Shown here one piece after another: positions 24,830 through 35,555 of a stretch of DNA of 48,153 nt (its first letter is position 1; each line of letters starts with the position of its first letter). The DNA is from Chiloscyllium plagiosum (taxonomy: Eukaryota), in the NCBI RefSeq assembly GCF_004010195.1, contig NC_057720.1, positions 8,271,883-8,320,035 on the forward strand, given 5' to 3'. A program made the translations under genes and the position numbers. The notes beneath the pieces are model-generated. The model was given only the letters and a program-made list of their open reading frames with translations. It made no database searches and was not told where the DNA came from.

Positions 24830-25350
24830 TTATAGGAACATAGGAGCAGGAGTGGGTAATTTAGCCCAGAACTTGTTTTACCCCATTCAATGAGATCATG
24901 GCTAATCTGTGGCTTAGGAGAAAGTGAGGACTGCAGATGCTGGAGATCAGAGCAGAAAATGTGTTGCTGGAAAAGTGCAGCAGGTCAGGCAGCATCCAAG
25001 GAGCAGGAGAATCGATGTTTCGGGCATGAGCCCTTCTTCAGGAATGGTCTAAATCTGTGGCCTAACTCTATATGCCTGTTCTTTGGCATATCCCTTAATA
25101 CCTTTGTCTAACAAAAAAAATCTCTCTCAGGTTTAAAATTAACCATTGGTCCAGCATCCATTGCTATCGTGGAAGAGAGTTCCAAACCTTTACCAGCCTT
25201 TGTGTGTGGAAATTCTTTCCAACAACTCTGCTGAATGGTTTGGCACTAAATTTTGAGACTATCCTCCCTAATTCTAGAGTCGACACTCAGTGGAGATAGT
25301 TTATGTTAATCTACCTTGTCTTTTCATGTTAATATCTTGAAGACTTTGGT
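24830..25350 (-). mobile_element. Older CR1-type 3' fragment interrupted by a PLE terminus
   Basis: ATAGGAACATAGGAGCAGGAGTGGG..GGAAGAGAGTTCCAAAC..AATATCTTGAAGACTT. Confidence 0.7.
24904..25064 (-). mobile_element. PLE terminus with hammerhead motif and a ~13-bp TSD
   Basis: Minus strand ATTC-CTGAAGA-A-GGGC TCAT GCCC-GAAAC-ATC-GATT; AATCTGTGGC(T/C)TA at 24904-24916 and 25052-25064. Confidence 0.82.
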
Positions 25351-25544
25351 TGAGATATTATATTCCCACTCTGTTAATTCTTCAATGAATTCAACAAAGT
25401 TGATCAAGCTATGCTTTCCTTTCAAGATGCCTCTTTTGGTGTTTCTCGATTACCTACTGGGGTAAGAATAACATTATCTTTCCTGAGGCAAACATCTCAA
25501 ACTAAATAGCTTATATTTCCTTGAACCAGGGAGTCTTATTGTAT

Positions 25545-25748
25545 AGTGTCACCACAGTCTTACCAGAAGATAAGGATTAGAGAGAGACAACTGGTGGTGC
25601 TTTATCCTGAGGGTCGCCATACCTCAGGCAGAGGGAGAGGGTGTGAAGGAGAGTTCTCCATGATAACCTCAGCCAATAATGGGGATTAACCCCACACTGT
25701 TGGTGTCACAATCCAACCATCCAGCCAACGTAGCTAAACCAACTCCAC
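25545..25748 (-). mobile_element. tRNA-derived SINE (family 'C', unassigned)
   Basis: Minus-strand head GGTTTAGCTACGTTGG..GGGTTAATCCCC, body GGCTGAGGTTATCATG..CCTGAGGTATGGCGACCCTCAGG; decayed relative near 17960-18120. Confidence 0.6.
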
Positions 25749-25754
25749 TACTGA

Positions 25755-26540
25755 GTCTAGGACGAGAAGACATAATCTCAAAATAAAAGGATTCACAACT
25801 GTCTTATCACAAATAAGACAGTTGTGCATCTGTAGAATTTTTTACCACTGTGGGCTGTAGAGGGTGGTCATTCAGTTTATTCATGACTGGGGTAGACAGA
25901 TTTTTAATCCATAAATAAGGTTCACTAGGATGATCATTAGCATGGAGGCATTACGTTATGAGCCAAGGCTCAACAGACTAGGACTTGACTCACTGGAGTT
26001 TAGAAGAGTGATAAGTGATCTCATTGAAACATACCAGATTCTTTAGTCGCTTGATGGGGTAGATGCTGAGAGAATGTTTCCCCTCATGAGAGAGTCTAGA
26101 ACAGATGACATGGATTCAGAATTAAGGGGTGCCAATTTAAAACTGAGACAAGGAGGAATTTCTTCTCTCAGTGGTTTGAGAGTCTTTGGAACTCCTTGCC
26201 AGAGACAGCTATGGGGACTGAGTCCTTGTGTATATTTAAAGCTGAGATACTTAGATTCATGATCAATCGGGAAACAAGGATTATGGGTAAAGGACAGGAA
26301 AGTGGATGTGAGGAATGTTGGATCAACCATGATGTTATTGAATTCTCGAGCAGGCTGGAGGTCCAAATGGCTTACCCCGTTTCTTTTTCTTATGTTCTTA
26401 GGGGAAAGGGATCAAAATTAATGGGAAAAGCTGGGAAGTTTAGTTGATGATTATCAAATCAGCCATGATTTTATTGAATGGTGGTGCAGACTCCTTGGGC
26501 TGAGTGATCTACTTCTGCTCCTACGTCCTGTGGTTTAAGA
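25755..26540 (+). mobile_element. Nested CR1-type fragments (25915-26400 inside an older copy)
   Basis: GGTTCACTAGGATG..CTGGAGTTTAGAAGA..CTCATTGAAACATAC..TCTTTGGAACTCC; outer 3' UTR resumes near 26400. Confidence 0.75.
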
Positions 26541-27359
26541 ATATTCTGGTCGACTCTGCTGTCTCTTCCTTATTTGCATTGATTGACATTCAACCAGACC
26601 AGGTGCAAAGACAGGCAAATTTTACAGAAGTTTCTATCATGTAGTTACTCCAAGCAGTTAGTCAAAGTATAATTGCTTCTGAATGAAGATAAGACCTAAA
26701 ACAACTCATCAAGACTGAAAATAAAAGGGGAACCCACACAGCAGGAATGGGTAGTACCTCTAAGCTGAACGTTCAACACTCTGATATTGCAGATGTTCAA
26801 GACCATCCTGTCCAGAGGAAGGGAAGGTAATCAGTCCATCCATCCAAACTCATGAGAACAGGATTGTGCAAATCCCATAAGCATTGCTAAAGATTTGCAC
26901 ACAGGGTTCAATTGATGGGTGATCTGACATGTTCATTTGTCTGCTCTCAGTGGAATCTAGTCTAAATTATTCCCTCCAATTTACACAAACCTTAGACACT
27001 GATCAAAACTATAAATTTATAAGCAGCAAGCAGTTATTGCTGAATTACTGTGTCATTATTGAATTACTTTTGTAACCTTGTATTTATTTCATCAACTCAA
27101 TCTAGCTAATAATTAATTGCTCGTTCTTTTTTTTTAAGTTTTAAGAGCTGCTAACTACGATTCCAAGATTGATAAATAATTGCTCATTCGTGACTTTGTT
27201 GTCCAGATGCTCCTTTTATAATTGGCCAGGATACGCTAATTTATTCATTGGGTACTTTATGCAGATCCTGACAGGAGGTTAGTCTTGCGAATGTGAATGT
27301 GTTTTGAATTGGATGATGCAAGAGAGTTCGTCAGGTCAAATGCAGACGTCATTAAACAG

Positions 27360-27870
27360 CTGAGTGTAAGACTTGGCTCCGTTGATAGCATATTTGCCTT
27401 TGAGTCAGAAGGTTGTGAGCTAAATGTTTCACACCGGAGATTTGATCACATCATCCAAGCTGGTGCTCTTGGGTGAGACATTACATTTGGGAACGTTACT
27501 GCGGATGCTGTAAATCAGAAACAAAAAGAAATTGCTGGAAAAGCTCAACAGGTGTGGCAACATCTGTGGAGAGAAATCAGAGTTAACGCTTTGGGTCCAG
27601 TCACCTTTCCTCATAAGGGTTCTGAGGATGGGTCACTCGACCCGAAACACGAACTCTGATTTCTCTCCGCATTAAATTTGAGGCCCTGCCTGCATTCTCA
27701 AGTGAATATGAAAGATCTCAATATTTATGGCTCAATCAAAATCACTAAAGCAGATTCTTTGGAGACATTACATTGATATTGCAAAAACCATTTCAAGTAA
27801 GTATTTGAATGCCTGTAAAGAACTTTGTGATACAATGAGGATGGGAATGGCACTATAAAAATGTACATTT
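27360..27870 (+). mobile_element. SacSINE1/DeuSINE-like SINE interrupted by a PLE hairpin
   Basis: Head TGGCTCCGTTGATAGC..TGAGTCAGAAGGTTGTG; AATATTTATGGCTCAATCAAAATCACTAAAGCAGATT; tail GGCACTATAAAAATG. Confidence 0.65.
27479..27680. mobile_element. Inverted-duplicated PLE terminus with decayed hammerhead and an imperfect 11-bp TSD
   Basis: Arms ~27565-27605 and ~27631-27671; CTGAGGA-T-GGGTC ACTC GACCC-GAAAC at 27622-27648; CATTA(C/A)ATTTG at 27479-27489 and 27670-27680. Confidence 0.72.
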
Positions 27871-28046
27871 TTACAAAGTCAATGTTTCGGGTCCAGTGAC
27901 AACAGTGGGTGCTCCTTCCCTTGCTTCAGAACAGTTGTTGGATTTGTAACATTAAGCCTATTTCCCTCTGCACAGATGCTGCCAGACCTGCCAAGTTTTT
28001 CGAGCAATTCTGCTTTTGATTCAGATGTTCAGCTTCTACAGTTAAA

Positions 28047-28550
28047 GTCATAGAGTCGTAGAGATGTACAGCATGAAAACAGATTCTTTGGTCCAACTCG
28101 TCCATGCCGACCAGATATCCTAAATTAATCTAGTCCCATTTGCCAGCACTTGGCCCATATCCCCCTAAACCTTTCCTATTCATATATCAATCCAGATACC
28201 TTTTAAATGTTGTAATTGTACCAGCCCCCACCACCTCCTCTGGCAGCTCATTCCATACACGGACCACCCATGTGTGAAAATGTTTCCCCTTAGGTCCCTT
28301 TCAAATCTTTCCTGTCTCACCTTAAACCCATGTCCTCCAGTTTGGAGTCCCCCACCCTAGGGAAAAGACGTCGTCTATTCAACCTATCCATGCCTGTCAT
28401 GATTTTAAAAATCTCTATAAGGTCACCCCTTAGCTCCAGGGAAATCAGCCCTAGCCTATTCAGTTTCTCCCTATAGCTCAAATCCTCCAACCCTGGCAAC
28501 ATCCTTGTAAATTTTTTCTGAACCCTTTCAAGTTTCACAACATCCTTCCT
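28047..28550 (-). mobile_element. CR1/HER1-type LINE 3' fragment
   Basis: ORF 28317-28562: RKDVVKLERVQKKFTRMLPGLEDLSYREKL. Confidence 0.92.
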
Positions 28551-28559
28551 TGAGCACTT

Positions 28560-28693
28560 CAACAGTTCTGAAGAAGTGTTACTTGAATTGAAACATTTGC
28601 TCTGTTTCTCCCTCCACAGATGCTGTCAGACCTGAGTTTCTCAGCATTCTTTGTGGTATTTCAGATTTCGAGCATCCACAGTATTTTGTTTTT
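28560..28693 (+). mobile_element. Old PLE terminus (related copy at ~27880-28042)
   Basis: GTTCTGAAGAAG..GAAAC..CTCCACAGATGCTGTCAGACCTG..TTCAGATTTCGAGCATCCACAG. Confidence 0.65.
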
Positions 28694-28949
28694 AGATGAT
28701 AAGCCATGTCCACCAGTTTGATAGACCAGGCTTGATGAGGTGAATGATTTTCTCCTATGTATACTAGATGTATAAAATTTCAAATTACAATGAACGAGTC
28801 AATTTGATTCCTGTGTTTATTTCTAATGCGTCGCTGAGGTTATTTTTGTTGTGATTTATTCACTAGATGTCCCCTCTAGATCTAAAATCCAAACCTTAAC
28901 TTATCCTGTCTAATGGGCACTTCCAAATGGAATTTACCCACTTCCTGTT

Positions 28950-29235
28950 TCATAGAATCCTAACAGTATGGAAAGAGGCCATTCAGCCAATCAAGTCTCA
29001 CCAACCCTCTGAAGAACATCTCATTCAAGTCCACCCCCATAATTACTTGCCTAATCCACATAGCCTGCACATCCTTGGACACTACACAATGGACAATCCA
29101 CCTATCGTGCACATCTTTTGGACTATGGGAGGAAACCAGAGCAGACACAGGGAGAACATATAACCTCCACACAGCCACTCACCTGAGGCTGGAACTGAAC
29201 CCAAAGCCCTGGCACTGTGAGGCAGTAGTGCCACC
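28950..29235 (-). mobile_element. HE1-type V-SINE
   Basis: CATAGAATCC..GGACTATGGGAGGAAACCAGAGCA..GGCACTGTGAGGCAG. Confidence 0.82.
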
Positions 29236-29344
29236 AGGCTGTCTGGTGCATCATGTCAACAATTGACTCCTTACACTTCAGGAAATGCCCTGAGGTTTAC
29301 ACGTCAGAAACTGGATTGTCGCCGATGCTTTGTCAACATCTGAA

Positions 29345-29720
29345 GGGGAAGGTAGTGCTGTAATGATAGTGTTAATTGACTAATCACCCAGGTGCCCAGT
29401 TTAATTCTCTGGGAGACATGGATTCTGATCTCACCATGGCAGATAGCGAGGGCTCAATTCACTTTGTAAATCTGGAAGTGGAAACAAGTCACAGTAACAG
29501 TGACCATCACAATTATTATCAGTTATTGTATGAGCCTATTTGATCACTATTGCCCAAATGGAGGAAGGAAATTAGCCATCCTTACCGGGTCTGGCCTACA
29601 TGTGACTCCAGATCCATGCCCGGGTCATTGACTCTGGGATCCTTCTGAAATACCTTGGGCAAGTCACTCAGTTCAAGAGCGCTTAAGGATGAACAATAAA
29701 AGCTGGTCAGGCCAGTGACC
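29345..29720 (+). mobile_element. SINE B (old copy)
   Basis: GCCATCCTTACCGGGTCTGGCCTACATGTGACTCCAGA..CAATAAAAGCTGG. Confidence 0.72.
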
Positions 29721-29784
29721 ATTGTTGGGCTGAGCTCCACTGAGGTTCCATGTTTGATAGTTCATTAACTTCCAGTTTCAGAAG

Positions 29785-30212
29785 GATTAAAACAATGACT
29801 GCAGATACTGGAAACCAGATTTTGGATTAGTGGTGCTGGAAGAGCACAGCAGTGCTGAGCTGGAAGTTTGGAACTGGGGTGAGGTGGGGGAAGGGGAAAT
29901 GAGGAAACTGTTGGAATCCACATTGATGCCCTGGGGTTGAAGTGTTCTGAGGCGGAAGATGAGGCGTTCTTCCTCCAGGCGTCTGGTGGTGAGGGAGCGG
30001 CGGTGAAGGAGGCCCAGGACCTCCATGTCCTCGGCAGAGTGTGAGGAGGAGTTGAAACGTTGGGCCACGGGGTGGTATGGTTGATTGGTGCGGGTGTCCC
30101 GGAGATGTTCCCTAAAGCTCTCTGTTAGGAGGCGCCCAGTCTCCCCAGTGTAGAGGAGACCACATTGGGAGCAACGGATACAATAAGTGGTATTAGTGAA
30201 TGTGCAGGTAAA
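29785..30212 (-). mobile_element. Penelope-like retroelement (Neptune-like) 3' fragment encoding a GIY-YIG endonuclease
   Basis: Open minus frame from 30212: FTCTFTNTTYCIRCSQCGLLYTGETGRLLTESFREHLRDTRTNQPYHPVAQRFNSSSHSAEDMEVLGL..RRLEEERLIFRLRTLQPQGIN; GIY-YIG with CxxC and His residues; terminus matches 33555-33620. Confidence 0.92.
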
Positions 30213-30719
30213 CAGAAGTCAATACATCCATGCACCAAGACGAAGAAAAGAAGGTATGTCCATCCCATGACCAAATGAGGAAATATGATAGATATTTCTG
30301 TCTGAAATAGGGACAATAATTGGTGTATCATATCCCTGCCAGAGAATGACGTGCTACCCTGTTTTCCCTCACCATAACAGTTTGGCAACTGCTTGAACGT
30401 AAACCTTTTTGCAAACATTTTCTCCATCCAGGAGCAACCAGGCAGATGTTCCACTTATCAGCTTTTTTTTAAGAATTCTGACCCTTGGAATTCCCCTTGC
30501 CATAGTTTCCCTGTCCCTTATTGTCCATAACTTTCAGCATTGTTTCTATGGTTTGACCTGGTCAGTATTTTGTTGGGTTCTCTGTGGACACAATCCCGAC
30601 ATTCCATTTGTTTCCAACATTTTCAAACATTTAATAAGATTGGTTGGAAATAAACCATGGAATCTTTACTTTTGTAATTTGAGGCGAAGATTACAAATGC
30701 GCGTGATGATGTTGTTTAC

Positions 30720-31215
30720 AAAATGCCGGTCAGACCTCAGCTGGAGTATTTTCCCCGGTTCCGGGCAATGCCCATCCAGGAAGGATGGCTCGGCTTTGGA
30801 TATGGTGCAAAGGACAATCCCAAGGATGGCACCAATGGGGGAATTCAGTGAAACAGGGAGACATGGAGCTGGGATTGTTCTCCTTGGAGCAAAGGAAGTT
30901 CAGAGATGATTTAATGGACAAGAACAAAACTTGGAGAGACATTGACAGAGTTGGCCACGGGAAACTGTTTCTATTAGCAGTTGGGGGTCAGTGTTCAAAA
31001 TGTTTTGACACAGTGAATTGTTATGGTCTGGAATGTTGCCAGCAATGTGGCGGAAGACTGCCGAGTAAGTTTGAAAAGGTGAGGATGTACTGGATAGTTA
31101 CAAAGGACACCTTTGACAAAGGTTTGCAGAAAGGGCAAGGGAATGGAATTATTTGGGCCGCTCAGAAAGCTAGTGCGAGGATAATGGGCAGAATGAACTC
31201 CTCCGGCCTATGATT
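30720..31215 (+). mobile_element. Old CR1-type fragment
   Basis: GTCAGACCTCAGCTGGAGTATT (VRPQLEY); LGLFSLEQRKFRDDL. Confidence 0.75.
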
Positions 31216-31403
31216 CTCTGACCCCTCACCTGTACTGGGCACAGCTAACAGGCACAGGCAGCTCTCCATTGACTCAACTGTGTAGACCGTTTCTCTTGTA
31301 TAACTCTGATCAATGCACACCAGCACGTTCAAAGCCCATGAGAACCCAGTCACTCGCTCGCTCACATGTGCACACACACACTCTCCCTCGTATGCACTGT
31401 TCC

Positions 31404-31493
31404 ACGAAGAAGGGCATGTGCCCGAAACGTCGAATCTTCTGTTCCCTAGATGCTGCCTGACCTGCTGTGCTGTTCCAGCAATAAAGTTTCAGC
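31404..31493 (+). mobile_element. PLE terminus fragment with 5'-truncated hammerhead
   Basis: GAAGAAGGGCATGTGCCCGAAACGTCGAATC..CCAGCAATAAAGTTTC, nearly identical to 34946-35030. Confidence 0.85.
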
Positions 31494-31549
31494 CTAACTC
31501 TGATCAATGCACATCAGCATATTCAAAGCAGAAGCCCATGAGAATGAAG

Positions 31550-31680
31550 TCACACTCTCACATACATAGTCTCACAGACACACACACGCACACACTCCCT
31601 CATATGCACTCATCCACACACTCTTCCACACACGTGCACTCTCTCTCACACACACACTGTCACACACACATATACACAAG
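31550..31680. repeat. Degenerate (CA)n/(CT)n microsatellite
   Basis: Interrupted CACACA and CTCTCT runs. Confidence 0.8.
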
Positions 31681-32994
31681 TATATGTCCATGCAGTGCAG
31701 TGACAGGCAATGGATGACAATCAGAAGCTGCAAGCCTCGGTGACTTACCTTTTGCTAGTCTAAGGTAACGGACTCAGTTGTTCTCCATGACATGCACCCT
31801 GGGACACTTTTGATCTGAGTGACTCACAGCCACAAGGTTGTTACAGAAGCATTACGTGTGCTAAGTGAAAGATTCAAAGATATCCCAACTGCGCCCTGTT
31901 TCCCCTTCCTTGGCTGTGGGCAGTAATGTATCTGCTTCAACATTTCCTTGCACATGACAAGCAATAACTTAGCTGCAGCTTGTCGCACAGATGTTCCCAG
32001 GAAAGAAGTTCAAGTATAACTGTTGGTCATCCCTTCCCCCCAGCCCCCCAGGGATATGGGGGGAAAGCAGGAACAGGTTATTGGGTTGGGAAATCAGTCA
32101 TGATTACAATGAATGATGGAGCAGTATCAAGGGGCTGAATGGCCTACTCTTATTCCTAATTTGGAGGGTTCTCTGTTTCCGTGTTAATGTGGACAATGTG
32201 TTTTACAATATGCATTCAATGTGGGCTTTGTTTTTATATTCTGAACTTTTGTGAGTTCAGGTGGATAAATATTAAACTGAAATCCATGACCTGTGCATTT
32301 ATGCGGTGACTTGCATGTTGACTTATCTCAGTCCAGTCACTCGATATTAAAGAGGGAACACAATTGTTTTGGCAAGGCAATTAAATATGAAGCGTTTGTT
32401 CTCTGCATTTTGTTGGTGTTGCATTTGCTTCAGTCTTTGTTGTTGTTGACTGACAGCTGTCAGGAATGCAGCTGCCAACCGTTGAAATGAAGATCTCTTT
32501 CGAGTTGTTTACCTCCAGCAGTAAGAGGCTGAAAAACAATAACGTCAGAACCATTTCTCTGGAAGTACATGGAGTCTTTTTTTTATTTTCGTTGCTACAT
32601 TTCTTTCAATTCCTTTCTCCCTCGCCCACAGACAACTTGGTTTCTGAAACCGAATGCTGCAGTCACTGGACATCGGGAATTAAAAATATGAATGATTGGA
32701 AACACTCAACAGATCAGGCAGCACCTGTAGAGAAAGAGTTGATGGTTCTGATTCCGTTCCTTCTTGGGCATTAATGCTTTCTGCACTAGTCTTGGCAGAC
32801 TACACAGCATAGAACTGAACTGATTCACACCCACACAGGAGCATTCCCAGCAGGAGTTATTGGAGAGATTCTCTAATCAACACGCTCAGAGATATTATGA
32901 AAGTCCTCTGGATCAAGTGGGGCATGAACCTGGGCCACCCAGCTCAGTGGCAGGGACATTGTCACATCACCACAAGACTGTCTCCTATGTATAC

Positions 32995-33285
32995 AATCAA
33001 ACTAGAGGGTGTAGTTTTAAGGTGAGAGGAGGACAATTTAAGAGGGACGTAAGGGACAACTAAGTTCATGCTGAGGATGGTTCCTATGTGGAATGAACTG
33101 CCAGAGGAAGTGGTGGAGGTAGGTACAACACTTAAAAGACATTTTGGCAGGTACATGAATAGGAAAGATTTAGAGGGACGTTAGCCAAATGCAGGCTATT
33201 GGGACTAGTTTCGTTTGGAAAACTTGGTTAGCATGGTCGAGTTTGACAGAAGGGTCTGGTTCCATGCTTTTTGACTCTATGAATC
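32995..33285 (+). mobile_element. CR1/HER1-type LINE 3' end
   Basis: AACTAGAGGG..GTGGAATGAACTGCCAGAGGAAGTGGTGGAGG..GACTCTATGAATCTAT. Confidence 0.85.
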
Positions 33286-33540
33286 TATGTTGGCACCACT
33301 GAGGAGGCTTGCTGGTTTCATTGCTCTTAGTGACTTGCTCAGCCTATTACAGGGGGTGATGAAGTGTCTTTCTCTTTGGAACTCCCTGACACAGACAGCT
33401 ATGGAGGCAGAGTGATTTTGTATGAGATATGCTGAGGTCGATAGATTCTTGTTCAATCGGTGAATCAAGGGTTACAGGGAAACTGCAGGAAAGCAGACTT
33501 GAGGAGTTTTGGATCAGCTCTAGAGTCACATACAGTCAGA

Positions 33541-33778
33541 CTAAATAGGGACAGGTAAAAACAATGACTGCAGATGCTGGAAACCAGAGTTTAGATTAGA
33601 GTGGTGCTGGAAAAGCACAGCAGTTCAGGCAGCATCCGAGGAGCAGTAAAATCGACGTTTCGGGCAAAAGCCCTTCATCAGGAATACAGTATAAGGGCTT
33701 TTGCCCGAAACATCAATCCTCAGATGCTGCCTGAACTGCTGTGCTTTTCCAGCACCACTCTAATCTAAATAGGGACAG
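33541..33778. mobile_element. Inverted-duplicated PLE terminus with a 14-bp TSD
   Basis: Minus copy 33555-33689 followed by inverted copy ~33693-33769; CTAAATAGGGACAG at 33541-33554 and 33765-33778. Confidence 0.9.
33650..33685 (-). ncRNA. Minimal type I hammerhead ribozyme motif (PLE type)
   Basis: AUUC-CUGAUGA-A-GGGC UUUU GCCC-GAAAC-GUC-GAUU: core boxes intact, 4-bp stem II, palindromic ACGU in place of helix III. Activity untested. Confidence 0.75.
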
Positions 33779-33804
33779 TCCAGTTCATTTCCCACACTTG
33801 ACAT

Positions 33805-34020
33805 AGAGATTTACTCAGAGAGTAGTAAGGGAGTGGAACACACTGCCTGCAACAGTAATAGATTTGCCAACTTTAAGGGCATTTAAATGGTCATTGAATA
33901 AACATACAGATGAAAATTGAATAGTGCAGAATAGATAGGCTTCAGATTGGTTCCACTGGTCGGTGCAACATTGAGTGCCGAAGGGCCTGAACTGCACTGT
34001 AATGTTCTCTGTTCTATGTT
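33805..34020 (+). mobile_element. CR1-type LINE 3' end
   Basis: TTTACTCAGAGAGTAGTAAGGGAGTGGAAC..GTTCTCTGTTCTATG. Confidence 0.85.
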
Positions 34021-34587
34021 TTATAGGAGCCAGATTAAAATCAATTACCCAATGAGCCTGCCTCATTATCCAGTAAGATTTTTGCTGATCTGACTGTGAC
34101 CTCAACTCCATCTTCCTGCTTGCCCCCTTTCACGCTCGACTGCTTACTTTATTCAATCACCAGTTTCCACTGTGCTCTGGAAGAGAGACTACCAATAACC
34201 TTTTGAGGTAAAAATTCTCCTCCTTTTCTGTCTTAAGTGAGGATCCCTGAATCTTTAAACTGTGCCATGTAATTTTAGAATCTCTCACTACAGGAAATGT
34301 CATCATAGCATCCATCTTGTGTTGATGTTTGGATATTCCTGACCAGATGAGATGTTATAGCAATGTCTCCAAAACTGGTAATCCAATATTATCTGAAGAT
34401 GGCTGTTTTATAGTACTGCTATGCAGTGAAATACTATACAAATTCGACCTGTTTTCTCTAGAATTTAGAAGATTAAGGGGTGATCTGATCAAAGCCTTCA
34501 ATATATTAACAGGAAAAAACAAGGTAGATAAAGACAAACTATTTCCACTGGCTGGGGATTCCATAACTAGGGAGCATAATCTGAGAG

Positions 34588-34716
34588 GCGAAAATGAGGA
34601 CTGCAGATGCTGGAGATCAGAGTCAAGATTAGAGTGGTGCTGGAAAAGCACAGCAGGTCAGGCAGCATCCGAGGAGCAGGAAAATCAACATTTTGGGCAA
34701 AAGCCTTTCATCAGGA
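34588..34716 (-). mobile_element. PLE terminus with decayed hammerhead
   Basis: Minus strand CCTGATGAAAGGCTTTTGCCCAAAATGTTG..GATGCTGCCTGACCTGC. Confidence 0.82.
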
Positions 34717-34827
34717 TTATAGAACCTGGGAACAGGATTAAGCCATTCAGCTTATATGAACCTGCTCCTCCATTTAATAAGAACATAGCTTACCTGATTG
34801 TGTTCTCCAGCTTACTTTCCTGTCAAC

Positions 34828-35046
34828 CTCTTATAGCTCTTCGAGGAGAAAGTGAGGTCTGCAGATGCTGGAGATCAAAGTTGAAACTTTATTGCTGGAA
34901 CAGCACAGCAGGTCAGGCAGCATCCAGGGAACAGGAGAAGGGCCTGAAGAAGGGCCTGTGCCCGAAACGTCGAATCTCCTGTTCCCTGGATGCTGCCTGA
35001 CCTGCTGTGCTGTTCCAGCAATAAAGTTTCAACTCTTATAGCTCTT
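34828..35046. mobile_element. Inverted-duplicated PLE terminus: perfect 60-bp stem, hammerhead core in loop, 14-bp TSD
   Basis: 34879-34938 is the exact reverse complement of 34975-35034; loop holds CTGAAGA-A-GGGC CTGT GCCC-GAAACGTC; CTCTTATAGCTCTT at 34828-34841 and 35033-35046. Confidence 0.9.
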
Positions 35047-35070
35047 GACCCTTTTGTCTAGCAAACAATA

Positions 35071-35200
35071 GAGGAAAATCAACATTTCGGGCAAAAGCCC
35101 TTTGGTCATTCCTGATGAAGGTCTTTTGCCCAAAACGTCGATTTTCCTGCTCCTCAGATGCTGCCCGACCTGCTGTGCTTTTCCAGCACCACTCTAATTT
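35071..35200 (+). mobile_element. PLE terminus with a short inverted 5' segment
   Basis: AGGAAAATCAACATTTCGGGCAAAAG is inverted relative to CTTTTGCCCAAAACGTCGATTTTCCT; CTGATGA at 35112-35118. Confidence 0.8.
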
Positions 35201-35337
35201 TGGCATAGTCTGAAAGTTAGGACCAGACCATTCAGGAGAGATGTCAGTAAGCATTTCAAAACCCAAAGGGTGATAGACGTTTGGAACTCTCTTTCACAAA
35301 TAGCAGTGGATGCTGGATCAGTTGTTAATTTTAGCTC

Positions 35338-35555
35338 TGATGTGGAGGTGCTGGTGTTGGACTGGGGTAACAAGGTCAGTACTCACATGACAGGTTATAG
35401 TCCAACAGGTTTATTTGAAATCACAAGCTTTCAGAGTGGTGTCACTTTGTCAGGTGAAATGCCGTCAAAGGAGCAGTGCGCTGAAAGCTTGTGAGTTCAA
35501 ATAATCCTATTGGATAATAACTTGGTGTCATGTGACATCTGTATTTTAAATCTGA
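35338..35555. mobile_element. Older inverted-duplicated PLE terminus inside a CR1 fragment (~35265-35700, +)
   Basis: GGTTATAGTCCAACAGGTTTATTTGAAATCACAAGCTTTCAG versus CTGAAAGCTTGTGAGTTCAAATAATCCTATTGGATAATAAC. Confidence 0.75.

Noticed and set aside
30409..30909. 166-aa hydrophobic ORF
   Set aside because: The 3' part is out-of-frame CR1 and the 5' part is T-rich sequence with no recognisable homology.
31742..31861. Minus-strand exon-like segment with a strong AAG|gtaagt donor
   Set aside because: Stops in all three frames; a non-coding exon cannot be supported from sequence alone.
34329..35000. 223-aa ORF, the longest N-free ORF
   Set aside because: Chance read-through of a CR1 piece, two antisense PLE termini and a CR1 3' UTR; not a gene.
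33541..35200. Repeated GCTGGAAAAGCACAGCAGG units resembling a CRISPR or regular array
   Set aside because: Irregular spacing and mixed orientation in eukaryotic DNA; these are dispersed PLE termini.
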